A stretch of DNA of 64,000 bases from Patescibacteria group bacterium. GTDB taxonomy: Bacteria; Patescibacteriota; WWE3; UBA101185; UBA10185. Position numbers and translations under genes: made by a program. This document shows, in pieces, positions 20,250 through 28,675 of this stretch; positions within the stretch are counted from its first letter, which is position 1; each line of letters opens with the position of its first letter. The stretch spans positions 836,023 through 900,022 of the forward strand of contig JBMORU010000001.1 of assembly GCA_049322215.1 (NCBI GenBank). Reading direction: 5' to 3'. The notes under the pieces were generated by a model. That model ran no database searches, had not been told where the DNA came from, and saw nothing but the letters and a program-made list of their open reading frames with translations.

Positions 20250-20792
20250 TTAATCATTAACTTCTATTGCTAAGTCTGAAATGTGCATTGCACCGTTAGA
20301 ACTAAATACGTCTTTAATTCTCTGCGTGTCACCATCACGGGCAGTAACACCTACAATTAAGTAGCCCTGCTTAAGATCTTCTTCATACTTAACCGCTAGT
20401 TGTTCATCTACACCTATTTCTTTAAGTGCGCCGGCTATACCACCTACTAAAGAACCAGCAATAGCTCCTGAGGCTGTAGCTCCTGCAACACCCGTTATAC
20501 CCAAGGCGGCAGCAATTGGACCTGAAACAAACAGTAAACCTATTCCTGGTATAGTTAACGCGCCCACGCCAACTAAAAGTCCTAGTATCCCTCCTATAAC
20601 TCCACCCGTTTTAGCAGAATCTTTTACGCCCTCAACTACATTGTTCTCAAATTTAACCTTGTCAGAGTTTAAAGCGTCTTTTGAAGTGACAACAGAAATA
20701 GCATCTTTTGTATAACCATTAACCTCTAAGGTCTTTAATACAGCATTAACTTCATCTACGCTTTTAAACATTCCTAATACATTTTTGGCCAT
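20250..20792 (-). CDS. General stress protein (YflT/17M-like) with Gly-zipper
   Basis: GY..D.ISVV, GG.IGG.LGLL...IPGIG....GPIAAAL. Confidence 0.8.
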   Translation of the reverse strand: MAKNVLGMFKSVDEVNAVLKTLEVNGYTKDAISVVTSKDALNSDKVKFENNVVEGVKDSAKTGGVIGGILGLLVGVGALTIPGIGLLFVSGPIAAALGITGVAGATASGAIAGSLVGGIAGALKEIGVDEQLAVKYEEDLKQGYLIVGVTARDGDTQRIKDVFSSNGAMHISDLAIEVND

Positions 20793-20805
20793 TTATACCC
20801 CTTTC

Positions 20806-21084
20806 TTATAATTTAGTACCACTCATTTCGTTATTTATACGCTGCCACATTTCGTTAATGTCATCTTTAACACTTTTCCAAGAGTCATCTGTGATATCGG
20901 CTATTTTGTTAAGCTTCTTTTCTATTTCGTCTAGATCTTCTTTTAGCAAAGAATACTTTTTTTGTGCGGTTTGCTGAAGTTCAGCAGAAGTTTCTTGCAT
21001 ACTTTGGGATAACGCATCTATAGACTGTCGCAGGTCTCGTATTTTTTGTTCCATAGTCGCAACGTACGTTTGCTTTTCATTCAT
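20806..21084 (-). CDS. Small coiled-coil protein
   Basis: Helical ORF ending DDSWKSVKDDI..W. Confidence 0.7.
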   Translation of the reverse strand: MNEKQTYVATMEQKIRDLRQSIDALSQSMQETSAELQQTAQKKYSLLKEDLDEIEKKLNKIADITDDSWKSVKDDINEMWQRINNEMSGTKL

Positions 21085-21097
21085 GGTAAAGCTCCAT

Positions 21098-21349
21098 TTA
21101 CTTTAATTTAATAACACGTGATAATCCAACTAAAAGCATAGCTCCTAATGTAGCAATTAATATGCTGTAAAAGTTAAATCCTGTGATTCCGGGTAAACCT
21201 AAGAAGGTACTTAAAAACCCTCCGAGCAAGGCACCTAGTATCCCTAAAACTATATTTCCTACAAGTCCTTGCTGCGCATCAGTACCCAATAGTAAAGAAG
21301 CTAACCAACCAACAAGAGCTCCAAATATTATCCAAAGTAATATACCCAT
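21098..21349 (-). CDS. GlsB/YeaQ/YmgE stress membrane protein
   Basis: WIIFGALVGWLAS...NIVLGILGALLGG. Confidence 0.92.
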   Translation of the reverse strand: MGILLWIIFGALVGWLASLLLGTDAQQGLVGNIVLGILGALLGGFLSTFLGLPGITGFNFYSILIATLGAMLLVGLSRVIKLK

Positions 21350-21449
21350 ATGTATTCCTTTCTTTTCAACTATGTAAATTCACTTTTCAAAGTACTAATT
21401 TTTAACTATATATGCATATTAAGGAAAACTTATTAAGTGTTTAGAAATT

Positions 21450-21493
21450 ATTTGTAAGAAATTGAAGAAAAGTACTTGTTTCTTCTTACAAAT
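21450..21493. promoter_or_regulatory. 11-bp inverted repeat in divergent promoter region
   Basis: ATTTGTAAGAA-N22-TTCTTACAAAT. Confidence 0.5.
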
Positions 21494-21553
21494 CTCTTAA
21501 AAATAGTCTAAACTGAATATATAGATAGACCTTTATATATTTAGGAGTACTTT

Positions 21554-21982
21554 ATGCAATTAAATCCATATTTAAATTTTGATGGAAATGCTGAAGAAGC
21601 ATTTAATTTTTATAAAAAAATATTTGGTGGGGAATTTACTTCCCTTATGAGATTTAGTGATATGCCAGAAGGTGAAGACAAACCAGTTGAAGAAGAAGCA
21701 AATCGCATAATGCATATAGCGTTACCTATTGGAGATACCTCAATACTAATGGCCTCAGATATTTCAAGTGCAAATGGGATGCAGCTAATAGAAGGAAATA
21801 ACAACTATATAACTATTTCTCCAGATTCCCTAGAAGAAACTGAGCGTTTGTATGAACAACTATCAGAAGGTGGAAATATTGAAATGCCGCTTCAAAAAAT
21901 GTTTTGGGGTAGCTATTTTGCGTCTTTTAAAGATAAGTTTGGTATTGAATGGATGATTGATTACGCAGAATCCACAAGCTAA
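21554..21982 (+). CDS. VOC/PhnB-family protein
   Basis: PYLNFDGNAEEAFNFY...IMH...FWGSYFASFKDKFGIEW. Confidence 0.92.
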   Translation: MQLNPYLNFDGNAEEAFNFYKKIFGGEFTSLMRFSDMPEGEDKPVEEEANRIMHIALPIGDTSILMASDISSANGMQLIEGNNNYITISPDSLEETERLYEQLSEGGNIEMPLQKMFWGSYFASFKDKFGIEWMIDYAESTS

Positions 21983-21983
21983 A

Positions 21984-22838
21984 TTATTTGAGATTTTCTT
22001 CTAAAAAGCTAAGAGTTTTGTTCCAAGCGTCTAACGTTTCTTCTTGGGAGTAATTGTTACCTGTAGGGTTAGCAAAAGCATGACCAACGTTAGGGTAAAT
22101 GTTAATACTGCCTTCGATTTCTAGTGATTCAAGCTCTTTTGCAAACTTTTCAACATCATCAATAGAAATAGTTGTATCTTCTGCACCAAAAATGCCCAGT
22201 ACAGGAGAGTTCAAGTTTGCTAGTTCTGAAGACTCAGTTACTAAATTTCCATAGTAAATAACTGTTGCATCTAAGTTTGTAGCTAAAGATAGTTGTAAAG
22301 ATTGTCCTCCACCAAAGCACCAGCCTAATGAAGCAATTTTACTTGCACCCTCGTTTTGTAAATAATCCTTAGCAGCCTGTAAATTTTGCAACGCAATATC
22401 TTGGTTTAATGCGGTGGTTTGTGCAAGCGCTTCTTCGGGAGTTGTAGCAACTGTACCAAATAAATCAACAGCAAAAACTTTATAACCTTGTCCAGCCAAT
22501 TGTTCTGCCATATCTTTTATATGATCGTTTAAACCCCACCACTCATGAATCATCACTATACCTGGAAAGTCCCCAGGTTCTGTTGGAGATACAAAATATC
22601 CTGTAGATCCATTAAAATAGCTTACGTTTTTTGAAGTAACTTCAAACCTGGGTGCCCGCCTTAAAATATCGACATTTCTTTCAGGTGAGGTTGTAGATTC
22701 AGGTTCTTCTATCGTTTCATTAGGCTTCTGAACAACGGGTACGGTGGTTGGATCCTGTTGATCTGGATATTTCAAAAAGAAAAGGGCACCAAGAAGTATA
22801 AAAAAAATTAAAATTGCGAATATATGGGAGCGTTTCAT
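21984..22838 (-). CDS. Dienelactone hydrolase family protein, membrane-anchored
   Basis: HEWWGLN, GWCFGG, YYG, GHAFAN. Confidence 0.92.
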   Translation of the reverse strand: MKRSHIFAILIFFILLGALFFLKYPDQQDPTTVPVVQKPNETIEEPESTTSPERNVDILRRAPRFEVTSKNVSYFNGSTGYFVSPTEPGDFPGIVMIHEWWGLNDHIKDMAEQLAGQGYKVFAVDLFGTVATTPEEALAQTTALNQDIALQNLQAAKDYLQNEGASKIASLGWCFGGGQSLQLSLATNLDATVIYYGNLVTESSELANLNSPVLGIFGAEDTTISIDDVEKFAKELESLEIEGSINIYPNVGHAFANPTGNNYSQEETLDAWNKTLSFLEENLK

Positions 22839-22886
22839 TTAACAAAGATTAGCATACTTTAACAACTATCACCATTCTCTTGCAAA

Positions 22887-22981
22887 GAAAAAGCCACCCT
22901 AAGGTGGCTTTTTCAAGTACCCTGATGAGATAAATCTCATTAGGGTGTTGGAATAATATATAAAACTTAAAATATTGTCAA
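22887..22981 (-). ncRNA. Candidate ~60-nt two-hairpin small RNA with its own promoter
   Basis: Minus-strand TTGACA-N17-TATTAT (22981-22953), hairpin 22917-22948, terminator 22887-22914, no ORF. Confidence 0.45.
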
Positions 22982-23014
22982 CACTTTCACAAATCCTTTG
23001 GTAAAATATACTTA

Positions 23015-24130
23015 ATGAAAGTAAAGACTATTATTCTTTTTTGGATAATAGGTGTTTTAGCAATTGCTGTCTCTTTATCGCTTTACAGTGTTTCTAGAAA
23101 ACAATCTACTCCTTATACTGCTGTAACATCCGTGAATAAAAATGCAGCTGAAGCCGAAAAAGAAAACGAAAGTAAAATTGCAAAAACACTAATAATTCCA
23201 AAGGAAAAAACATTAAAAAATATTAACCACGTGTTTCAAACGTTCAATAACTGTGGGCCTGCTTCTTTATCAATGGCACTATCATTTTATGGAATAAACA
23301 AATCGCAAACAGAGCTTGGGCAGCAGTTAAGACCCTACCAAAACCCTCAGGGGGATAACGATGATAAATCTGTTACATTAGAAGAACTTGCAAAAGAAGC
23401 AAATAAATATGGCTTCGCAACTTTTCATAGACCCGCTGGCAATATAGAAATGATTAAAAAGTTTGTAGCCTATGATATGCCGGTAATTACCAGAACATGG
23501 CTTAAACCTAATGATGATATAGGACATTACAGAGTAGTAAAAGGTTACGACGAAGATAAAGGTATATTAATACAAGATGACTCTTTGCAAGGTAAAGACC
23601 TTGAATACTCACATGGTGACTTCAACGAAATATGGAAAATGTTTAACTACGAATATTTAGTATTAGTACCAAACGACAAAGTAGAAATAGCAAAAGGAAT
23701 TCTGCAAAAAGATGTAAATGAAGACGAAGCCTGGAAAAAGGCAGTAAAACTGGCACGTCAACAACTTGAACAAAATGAAAACGACACTTACGCAAGATTT
23801 AACTTATCGGTAGCTCTTTACAACATAAAAGAATACGAAGCTGCCATAAAAGAATTTGAACAAGTAGAAACCTTGATATCAAAACGAACACTTTGGTATC
23901 AAATTGAGCCTATACTGGCTTATTATGAAATACAAGACTATGAAAGAGTTTTTACTTTAACAAATGAAATATTAAATAATAACAATCGCGCATTTTCCGA
24001 ACTATATATAGTACGTGGAAATATTTATAGAAACGAAGGAAAAATTAGTGAAGCAAAAAGTGAGTATGAAAAGGCACTAAACTACAATGTAAATTTAGAA
24101 GCGGCAAAACAGGCTATAAATTCTCTTTAA
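23015..24130 (+). CDS. C39-like cysteine peptidase with C-terminal TPRs
   Basis: QTFNNCGPASL, GHYRVVKGYD, TPR helices. Confidence 0.85.
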   Translation: MKVKTIILFWIIGVLAIAVSLSLYSVSRKQSTPYTAVTSVNKNAAEAEKENESKIAKTLIIPKEKTLKNINHVFQTFNNCGPASLSMALSFYGINKSQTELGQQLRPYQNPQGDNDDKSVTLEELAKEANKYGFATFHRPAGNIEMIKKFVAYDMPVITRTWLKPNDDIGHYRVVKGYDEDKGILIQDDSLQGKDLEYSHGDFNEIWKMFNYEYLVLVPNDKVEIAKGILQKDVNEDEAWKKAVKLARQQLEQNENDTYARFNLSVALYNIKEYEAAIKEFEQVETLISKRTLWYQIEPILAYYEIQDYERVFTLTNEILNNNNRAFSELYIVRGNIYRNEGKISEAKSEYEKALNYNVNLEAAKQAINSL

Positions 24131-25205
24131 AAAAATTAACTGTTCTTTGCATTGCCGTTTCAAAATAGGGTGATTCTATATTATGCCCGCCACCATAATA
24201 CTCATATAGCTCATAATTTTTCCCGTTTGCACTTAGCACTTTAGCTAAATCTCGCGAATAACCAATATTAACTACAGAATCATTTACTGCGTGGTGTATT
24301 TGTAAAGGCCTTTGCAAATAGTTTATGTTTTGAGTTAAAGAAATCGAACTCCAAAAATTATCATTGAAGTCTATTTTTTCAGGGTTAGATCTTAAATCTT
24401 GAATTTGGGAAGAATCCTCTCTGGAAGGGCTATCTTCTAACTTTTCACGTTGGCTGGGGGGTCTAGGAACATAGCTATTATCACTAATTCTATATTTTGC
24501 AAAATCCTCATAGCTATAAACTGCACCTGCCCAAATAACACCGGCCTTTATCTTGTCAGAAACAAGCATTGTTCGCAGAATCAAGTTCCCGGCCATACTG
24601 TGTCCCCAAATCCCAATCTGTTCTGCATTTACTTTTTCGTACTTTTGCAATGCAACTACAGCATTAACTGTGTCAATTGTGTACGCATTAGAGAAATAAG
24701 TACCTGTTGCTAATCCCTCAGATTCACCGTGTCCTCTCAAATCTATTTTAAACACCACAAAGCCATTTCGTGCTAAATAGTCTACATAGGCTACATATTT
24801 TTCTGTAGTCTTATATTGAGATGGTGGAATATAACCATGTACAAACACAACAGCTTTGTAACCTCCTTCTGGCATTTCAGTATTTGGAATAGTCAAGAGG
24901 CCATATAATTTATTACCATCACTTTGATAACTTGCAATATAGCTATTGTAGCTAGCACTAGTTGATACCTGTTCCTCAATTTGTAATCCATTATTACTTA
25001 TATTTAAAGTTTTCAAATACTCAATGGAAATAGGAGACGGGGAAGCTGCATCGGTAGCTTCGTCAACAATTGTTGCCATAGTATCAAAGTTGCTTTCAGA
25101 GTCTTCTACACGTGACAGTAGTGCTTTTTCGGAGTACACGTAACCTAAAAGCACAAAAATAGAAAGAACAATAATTAAAGAAAATAGTGTTAAATATTTT
25201 CGCAT
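24114..25205 (-). CDS. Alpha/beta hydrolase (S9 peptidase-like), exported
   Basis: HGY, DLRGHG, GHSMAG, D..V, GGGH. Confidence 0.9.
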   Translation of the reverse strand: MRKYLTLFSLIIVLSIFVLLGYVYSEKALLSRVEDSESNFDTMATIVDEATDAASPSPISIEYLKTLNISNNGLQIEEQVSTSASYNSYIASYQSDGNKLYGLLTIPNTEMPEGGYKAVVFVHGYIPPSQYKTTEKYVAYVDYLARNGFVVFKIDLRGHGESEGLATGTYFSNAYTIDTVNAVVALQKYEKVNAEQIGIWGHSMAGNLILRTMLVSDKIKAGVIWAGAVYSYEDFAKYRISDNSYVPRPPSQREKLEDSPSREDSSQIQDLRSNPEKIDFNDNFWSSISLTQNINYLQRPLQIHHAVNDSVVNIGYSRDLAKVLSANGKNYELYEYYGGGHNIESPYFETAMQRTVNFFKENL

Positions 25206-25496
25206 TACAAAACATATAATAACAAATTTATAGTTATCTATGCTTAATTAATACTTATTTCACTATATGTTGTCATACTAATAAATACTAAGCATTGACA
25301 TTTCTGATACATAGTTTATAAACTTAGTATCTTAAGTATTTTAAGACTCTTTTTTTGCAGTAGTAAAAAGGTCAAGTGACAACACAAGATAAACATTTAC
25401 TTAATATTAAAAATCCCAAAGTACTTACACAGGACTTATATTTTGAAACTTTTCACATGAAAAATTTATCATGCATTTTTGGAGGGGGTGATTAGT

Positions 25497-25745
25497 TTGC
25501 TAACAGAAGCTGAAATAAAGAAAAACCTTAGAAAAGATCCAGACTGGGAACCCGCTTTGGATGCAAGTGACGAAGATTGGGATTTGTTCGAAAGCGTAAG
25601 AGATGAAATGGATTTAGATATGGACTTGGATACCGACAGTGACGACGAAGACTCCAAGAAAAAGAAAAAACCCGACACGTGGAGCGACGACGATGTGTTT
25701 AGCGACGACAATCCAGGTTGGGACAGCTACAGTGATGATTATTAA
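25497..25745 (+). CDS. Highly acidic small protein
   Basis: TTG start after SD GGAGGGGGTGA; D/E-rich with W residues and a K5 patch. Confidence 0.75.
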   Translation: MLTEAEIKKNLRKDPDWEPALDASDEDWDLFESVRDEMDLDMDLDTDSDDEDSKKKKKPDTWSDDDVFSDDNPGWDSYSDDY

Positions 25746-25777
25746 ATTGCTCCATACCTGCCAAGGGGGTGATTCGC

Positions 25778-25846
25778 ATGGCAACAAAGCCTAAAAAGAA
25801 AGCGCCAGCTAAAAAAGCACCCGCTAAAAAAGCAAAGAAAAAGTAA
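25778..25846 (+). CDS. 22-aa histone H1-like Lys/Ala/Pro peptide
   Basis: SD AAGGGGGTGA; MATKPKKKAPAKKAPAKKAKKK*. Confidence 0.75.
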   Translation: MATKPKKKAPAKKAPAKKAKKK

Positions 25847-25871
25847 AAAGCTAATTTTAGCTGTTATTAAA

Positions 25872-25912
25872 TGAGGAGCACTAAATTTATTTAGTGCTCT
25901 TTCATTTTTTTT
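25872..25912 (+). terminator. Intrinsic terminator
   Basis: GAGCACTAAAT/ATTTAGTGCTC hairpin followed by T-tract. Confidence 0.75.
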
Positions 25913-25934
25913 TAACCTGTCGTAATATTTTGTT

Positions 25935-26093
25935 ATGAGAGCAAACCTTGCTAAAAATGAACAGGGCTCAGCCGTATTTTATCTTTTAATATTAATAGTA
26001 ATACTAATATTGAGTGGTGCCTTAATTACATATTTTAATTCTAAAACACCGCCTGCATATGAAATACCAAGCACAAACTCCCAATCATATTGA
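25935..26093 (+). CDS. 52-aa pilin-like membrane microprotein
   Basis: MRANLAKNEQG|SAVFYLLILIVILILSGALITY..., class III signal-like. Confidence 0.5.
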   Translation: MRANLAKNEQGSAVFYLLILIVILILSGALITYFNSKTPPAYEIPSTNSQSY

Positions 26094-26096
26094 CAC

Positions 26097-26123
26097 TTGG
26101 CACTCAGTTTGATAGAGTGCTAA
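26097..26123 (+). promoter_or_regulatory. CIRCE element (HrcA operator) overlapping a sigma70 promoter
   Basis: TTGGCACTC-N9-GAGTGCTAA, one mismatch to consensus; TTGACA at 26090; upstream of Hsp20. Confidence 0.92.
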
Positions 26124-26158
26124 TATATTTGGTGTAAAAATTTAATAGGAGGAACTTT

Positions 26159-26599
26159 ATGAAAATTATAAAAAGAAATAACAGGGTACCTCAATTTAAC
26201 CCAATGAGGTCAATGCTAGATGATTTTTTTGCATTTCCTTCAATGCTTGATGAAATGCTTGAGTCTTCTTACACTTCAAAAAACATATCTGTAGATATCT
26301 GGGAAGAAGATGATAAATACTTCGTAAAAATGGCAATACCTGGAGTAGCAAAAGAAGATATAAATATAACAATTAATGCAGATTACATAACAATTAAGGG
26401 AAGTACTAAAAAAGAAGAAAAAGAGGATGATAAGAAAAAATACTACTACAAAACTTTAGAAACGGCATTTGAACAAACATTTAATCTACCAGCAAAAGTA
26501 GATTCCGATAATGCAGATGCTAAATATGAAAATGGGGTTTTAACATTAACCCTACCAAAAGCTTCTGATGTAAAACCTAAAACGTTAGAAGTGAAATAA
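26159..26599 (+). CDS. Hsp20/alpha-crystallin small heat-shock protein
   Basis: VDIWE...IPGVAKEDI...AKYENGVLTLTLPK. Confidence 0.95.
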   Translation: MKIIKRNNRVPQFNPMRSMLDDFFAFPSMLDEMLESSYTSKNISVDIWEEDDKYFVKMAIPGVAKEDINITINADYITIKGSTKKEEKEDDKKKYYYKTLETAFEQTFNLPAKVDSDNADAKYENGVLTLTLPKASDVKPKTLEVK

Positions 26600-26610
26600 A
26601 GGCTTAACAA

Positions 26611-26637
26611 AAAAAGGCGGGGAAAACCCGCCTTTTT
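26611..26637 (+). terminator. Intrinsic terminator
   Basis: AGGCGGG-gaaaa-CCCGCCT-TTTT. Confidence 0.85.
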
Positions 26638-26674
26638 CATAGAAAATACCCTCACACTAGGCTATCATTAAATT

Positions 26675-27676
26675 ATGTACCCACCAGACATTGACCACAT
26701 TGTTAAAAAATTTAAGCTTCCAGAAGAAAAGTACACGGTGCTTGATTTAGAAGAGCAACAGGGTTGGGGTACTAAAGTGCTATTGCGTCTTGATTTTGGA
26801 GACAAAGGCAAGTATGTGTTAAAAGGCAAAGATGATAATCAAATAGGAGGTCTTTTAGAATCTTCAAAACTTACCGAATATTTTGTACTAAATAAATATT
26901 TGGTTAGACAACCAATACTAACTAAGGAAAACAAATTTTTATACACAGAAAACTATATAACTTGGAATGTAACTAAATACATAGAAGGCATTGATAGCAA
27001 CTTTTCAAATTATCAAAAAAGTACTATTGAATCATTAATTGAACATATTAATGGATACATGGAATTAACATACGGAAATGAGAACTTAGCAGCTAAATAT
27101 AATATTGAAATAGTAAATAAAAACAATGTGTTTGATTCATTTAAACGCGTTGCAGATGAGAAAGTATCTAGTGTGCTGCTAACATTAATAAATAGTGAAA
27201 CTGTACAACTGAAAGATTGGCTCACAAATACTAGGCAAAATATTTTAAATATTTATCAAAAAAATGATAACAAAGCCATAATTCATGGCGACTTACATAA
27301 CAAAAATATACTTACATCTACTGACAGTACGTCTGTTGCGGCAATAATAGATTGGGACCACTGTAAATTCGATTTAGCCTTACTTGATATAGCTACATTC
27401 ACTAACCAGTTTTACGAACATGTTGTTAAAGTTGAAAAACAACATCTTTTACAATATTTTATGAAGAACTTAGAAAACATAGAATTTTTTTCAAAAATAC
27501 TCAATGACTATGAACTAATAAGGCAATTTCAACTCACTAAAACTAAATGGAATTCAATTTTGTTTTATGCTGATTTACTAATTAAGTATGGTGATACTAC
27601 ACACGAAGAAGATAGGTTTATTGCAACCATAAAAAGTGAAGCTCACGCCTGGAAAGCACTTTTGCACCAGCAATAA
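26675..27676 (+). CDS. APH/choline-kinase family phosphotransferase
   Basis: IHGDLHNKNIL, IIDWD. Confidence 0.85.
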   Translation: MYPPDIDHIVKKFKLPEEKYTVLDLEEQQGWGTKVLLRLDFGDKGKYVLKGKDDNQIGGLLESSKLTEYFVLNKYLVRQPILTKENKFLYTENYITWNVTKYIEGIDSNFSNYQKSTIESLIEHINGYMELTYGNENLAAKYNIEIVNKNNVFDSFKRVADEKVSSVLLTLINSETVQLKDWLTNTRQNILNIYQKNDNKAIIHGDLHNKNILTSTDSTSVAAIIDWDHCKFDLALLDIATFTNQFYEHVVKVEKQHLLQYFMKNLENIEFFSKILNDYELIRQFQLTKTKWNSILFYADLLIKYGDTTHEEDRFIATIKSEAHAWKALLHQQ

Positions 27677-27681
27677 TAGCT

Positions 27682-28245
27682 TTATGAAATCTCTTTATGC
27701 CTAAAGCATGATATCAAATGATCATTTACCATACCTGTGGCTTGCATGTGACTGTAAATAATAGTTGGACCAATAAATTTAAAGCCACGTTTTTTTAAAT
27801 TTTTGCTTATTTCTTCTGATAAGGGTGTTTGCGTAGGTATTTCTGACAATGCAGAATAGTTATTTAAAATAGGTTTGTCCGATACAAAATTCCAAATATA
27901 TGTAGAAAAGCTTCCAAACTCTTTTTGAACATCAATAAAGCATTTTGCATTGTTTATGCTTGCTGTAATTTTTAATTTGTTCCTTACTATATTAGGGTTA
28001 TTTAGTAATGATTTGAAATCTTGATTAGAAAAAGCAGCAATTTTTTTTACGTCAAAATTTTTATAAGCTAATTTATAACCTTCGCGTTTATTTAAAATAG
28101 TAGACCAACTTAAGCCCGCTTGTGCTCCTTCTAAAATTAAAAATTCAAAAAGTTTAGTGTCATCGTGTATAGGAACACCCCATTCTTCATCGTGATACTT
28201 AATCATTTTTTCATCGGTTCCCACCCAAGGGCATCTTTGCAGCAT
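27682..28245 (-). CDS. tag: DNA-3-methyladenine glycosylase I
   Basis: RCPW...YHDEEWG...LEGAQAGLSW...NDHLISC. Confidence 0.97.
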   Translation of the reverse strand: MLQRCPWVGTDEKMIKYHDEEWGVPIHDDTKLFEFLILEGAQAGLSWSTILNKREGYKLAYKNFDVKKIAAFSNQDFKSLLNNPNIVRNKLKITASINNAKCFIDVQKEFGSFSTYIWNFVSDKPILNNYSALSEIPTQTPLSEEISKNLKKRGFKFIGPTIIYSHMQATGMVNDHLISCFRHKEIS

Positions 28246-28272
28246 AAAATATTATAGGCAAACTTTTTCAGC

Positions 28273-28326
28273 AAAAAAAAGAGGCAGAACATAATGTACA
28301 TTTTTTGTATACATCATGTTTGCCTC
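28273..28326 (-). terminator. Long-stem bulged hairpin plus T-tract
   Basis: Sense GAGGCAAACATGATGTATA-caaaaaa-TGTACATTATGTTcTGCCTC-T8. Confidence 0.75.
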
Positions 28327-28336
28327 AATTAATTAG

Positions 28337-28603
28337 TTAGCTGCGAATTCTTCGAACGCTTCGATCCTTGGCGCAGTAACCTTTATCACCGGGATCTCTT
28401 ACAGCTTCTTCAGAGCGACGTGTATTTGGCGTGGGCTCCAAAAAAACTCGATCGTTGTTGTCAATAGCCTCACCGTGTTCCAGGGCAAATTGCAAAGGAA
28501 TAAAAATGTGGCCAAATTGGTTTAGGTGTGTTTTTTCTTCAGGTTTTGCGAGGGCATAACCTTTACGTTTGTCGCATCTGAAAATCTGAGCTTTAATAAG
28601 CAT
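28337..28603 (-). CDS. Orphan, divergent cold-shock-domain-like protein (dispersed unit)
   Basis: AQIFRCDKRKGYALA...GHIFIP...DRVFLE...KGYCAK follows the CSD RNP1/RNP2 pattern; AAGGAG SD. Confidence 0.65.
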   Translation of the reverse strand: MLIKAQIFRCDKRKGYALAKPEEKTHLNQFGHIFIPLQFALEHGEAIDNNDRVFLEPTPNTRRSEEAVRDPGDKGYCAKDRSVRRIRS

Positions 28604-28672
28604 CTCACTACTCCTTATTAGGTAATATTTGATTTGTTCTATAATTATAATACTATAGGGCTGTTTTGTTAA
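28604..28672 (-). promoter_or_regulatory. Dispersed-unit promoter/leader
   Basis: TTAACA-aaacagCCCTATAGTAt-TATAAT ... AAATATTACCTAATAAGGAG. Confidence 0.75.
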
Positions 28673-28675
28673 GGG

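Noticed and set aside
22917-22948. Hammerhead ribozyme (CTGATGAG core)
   Set aside because: No GAAA after stem II; the CTGATGAG is simply one arm of a hairpin.
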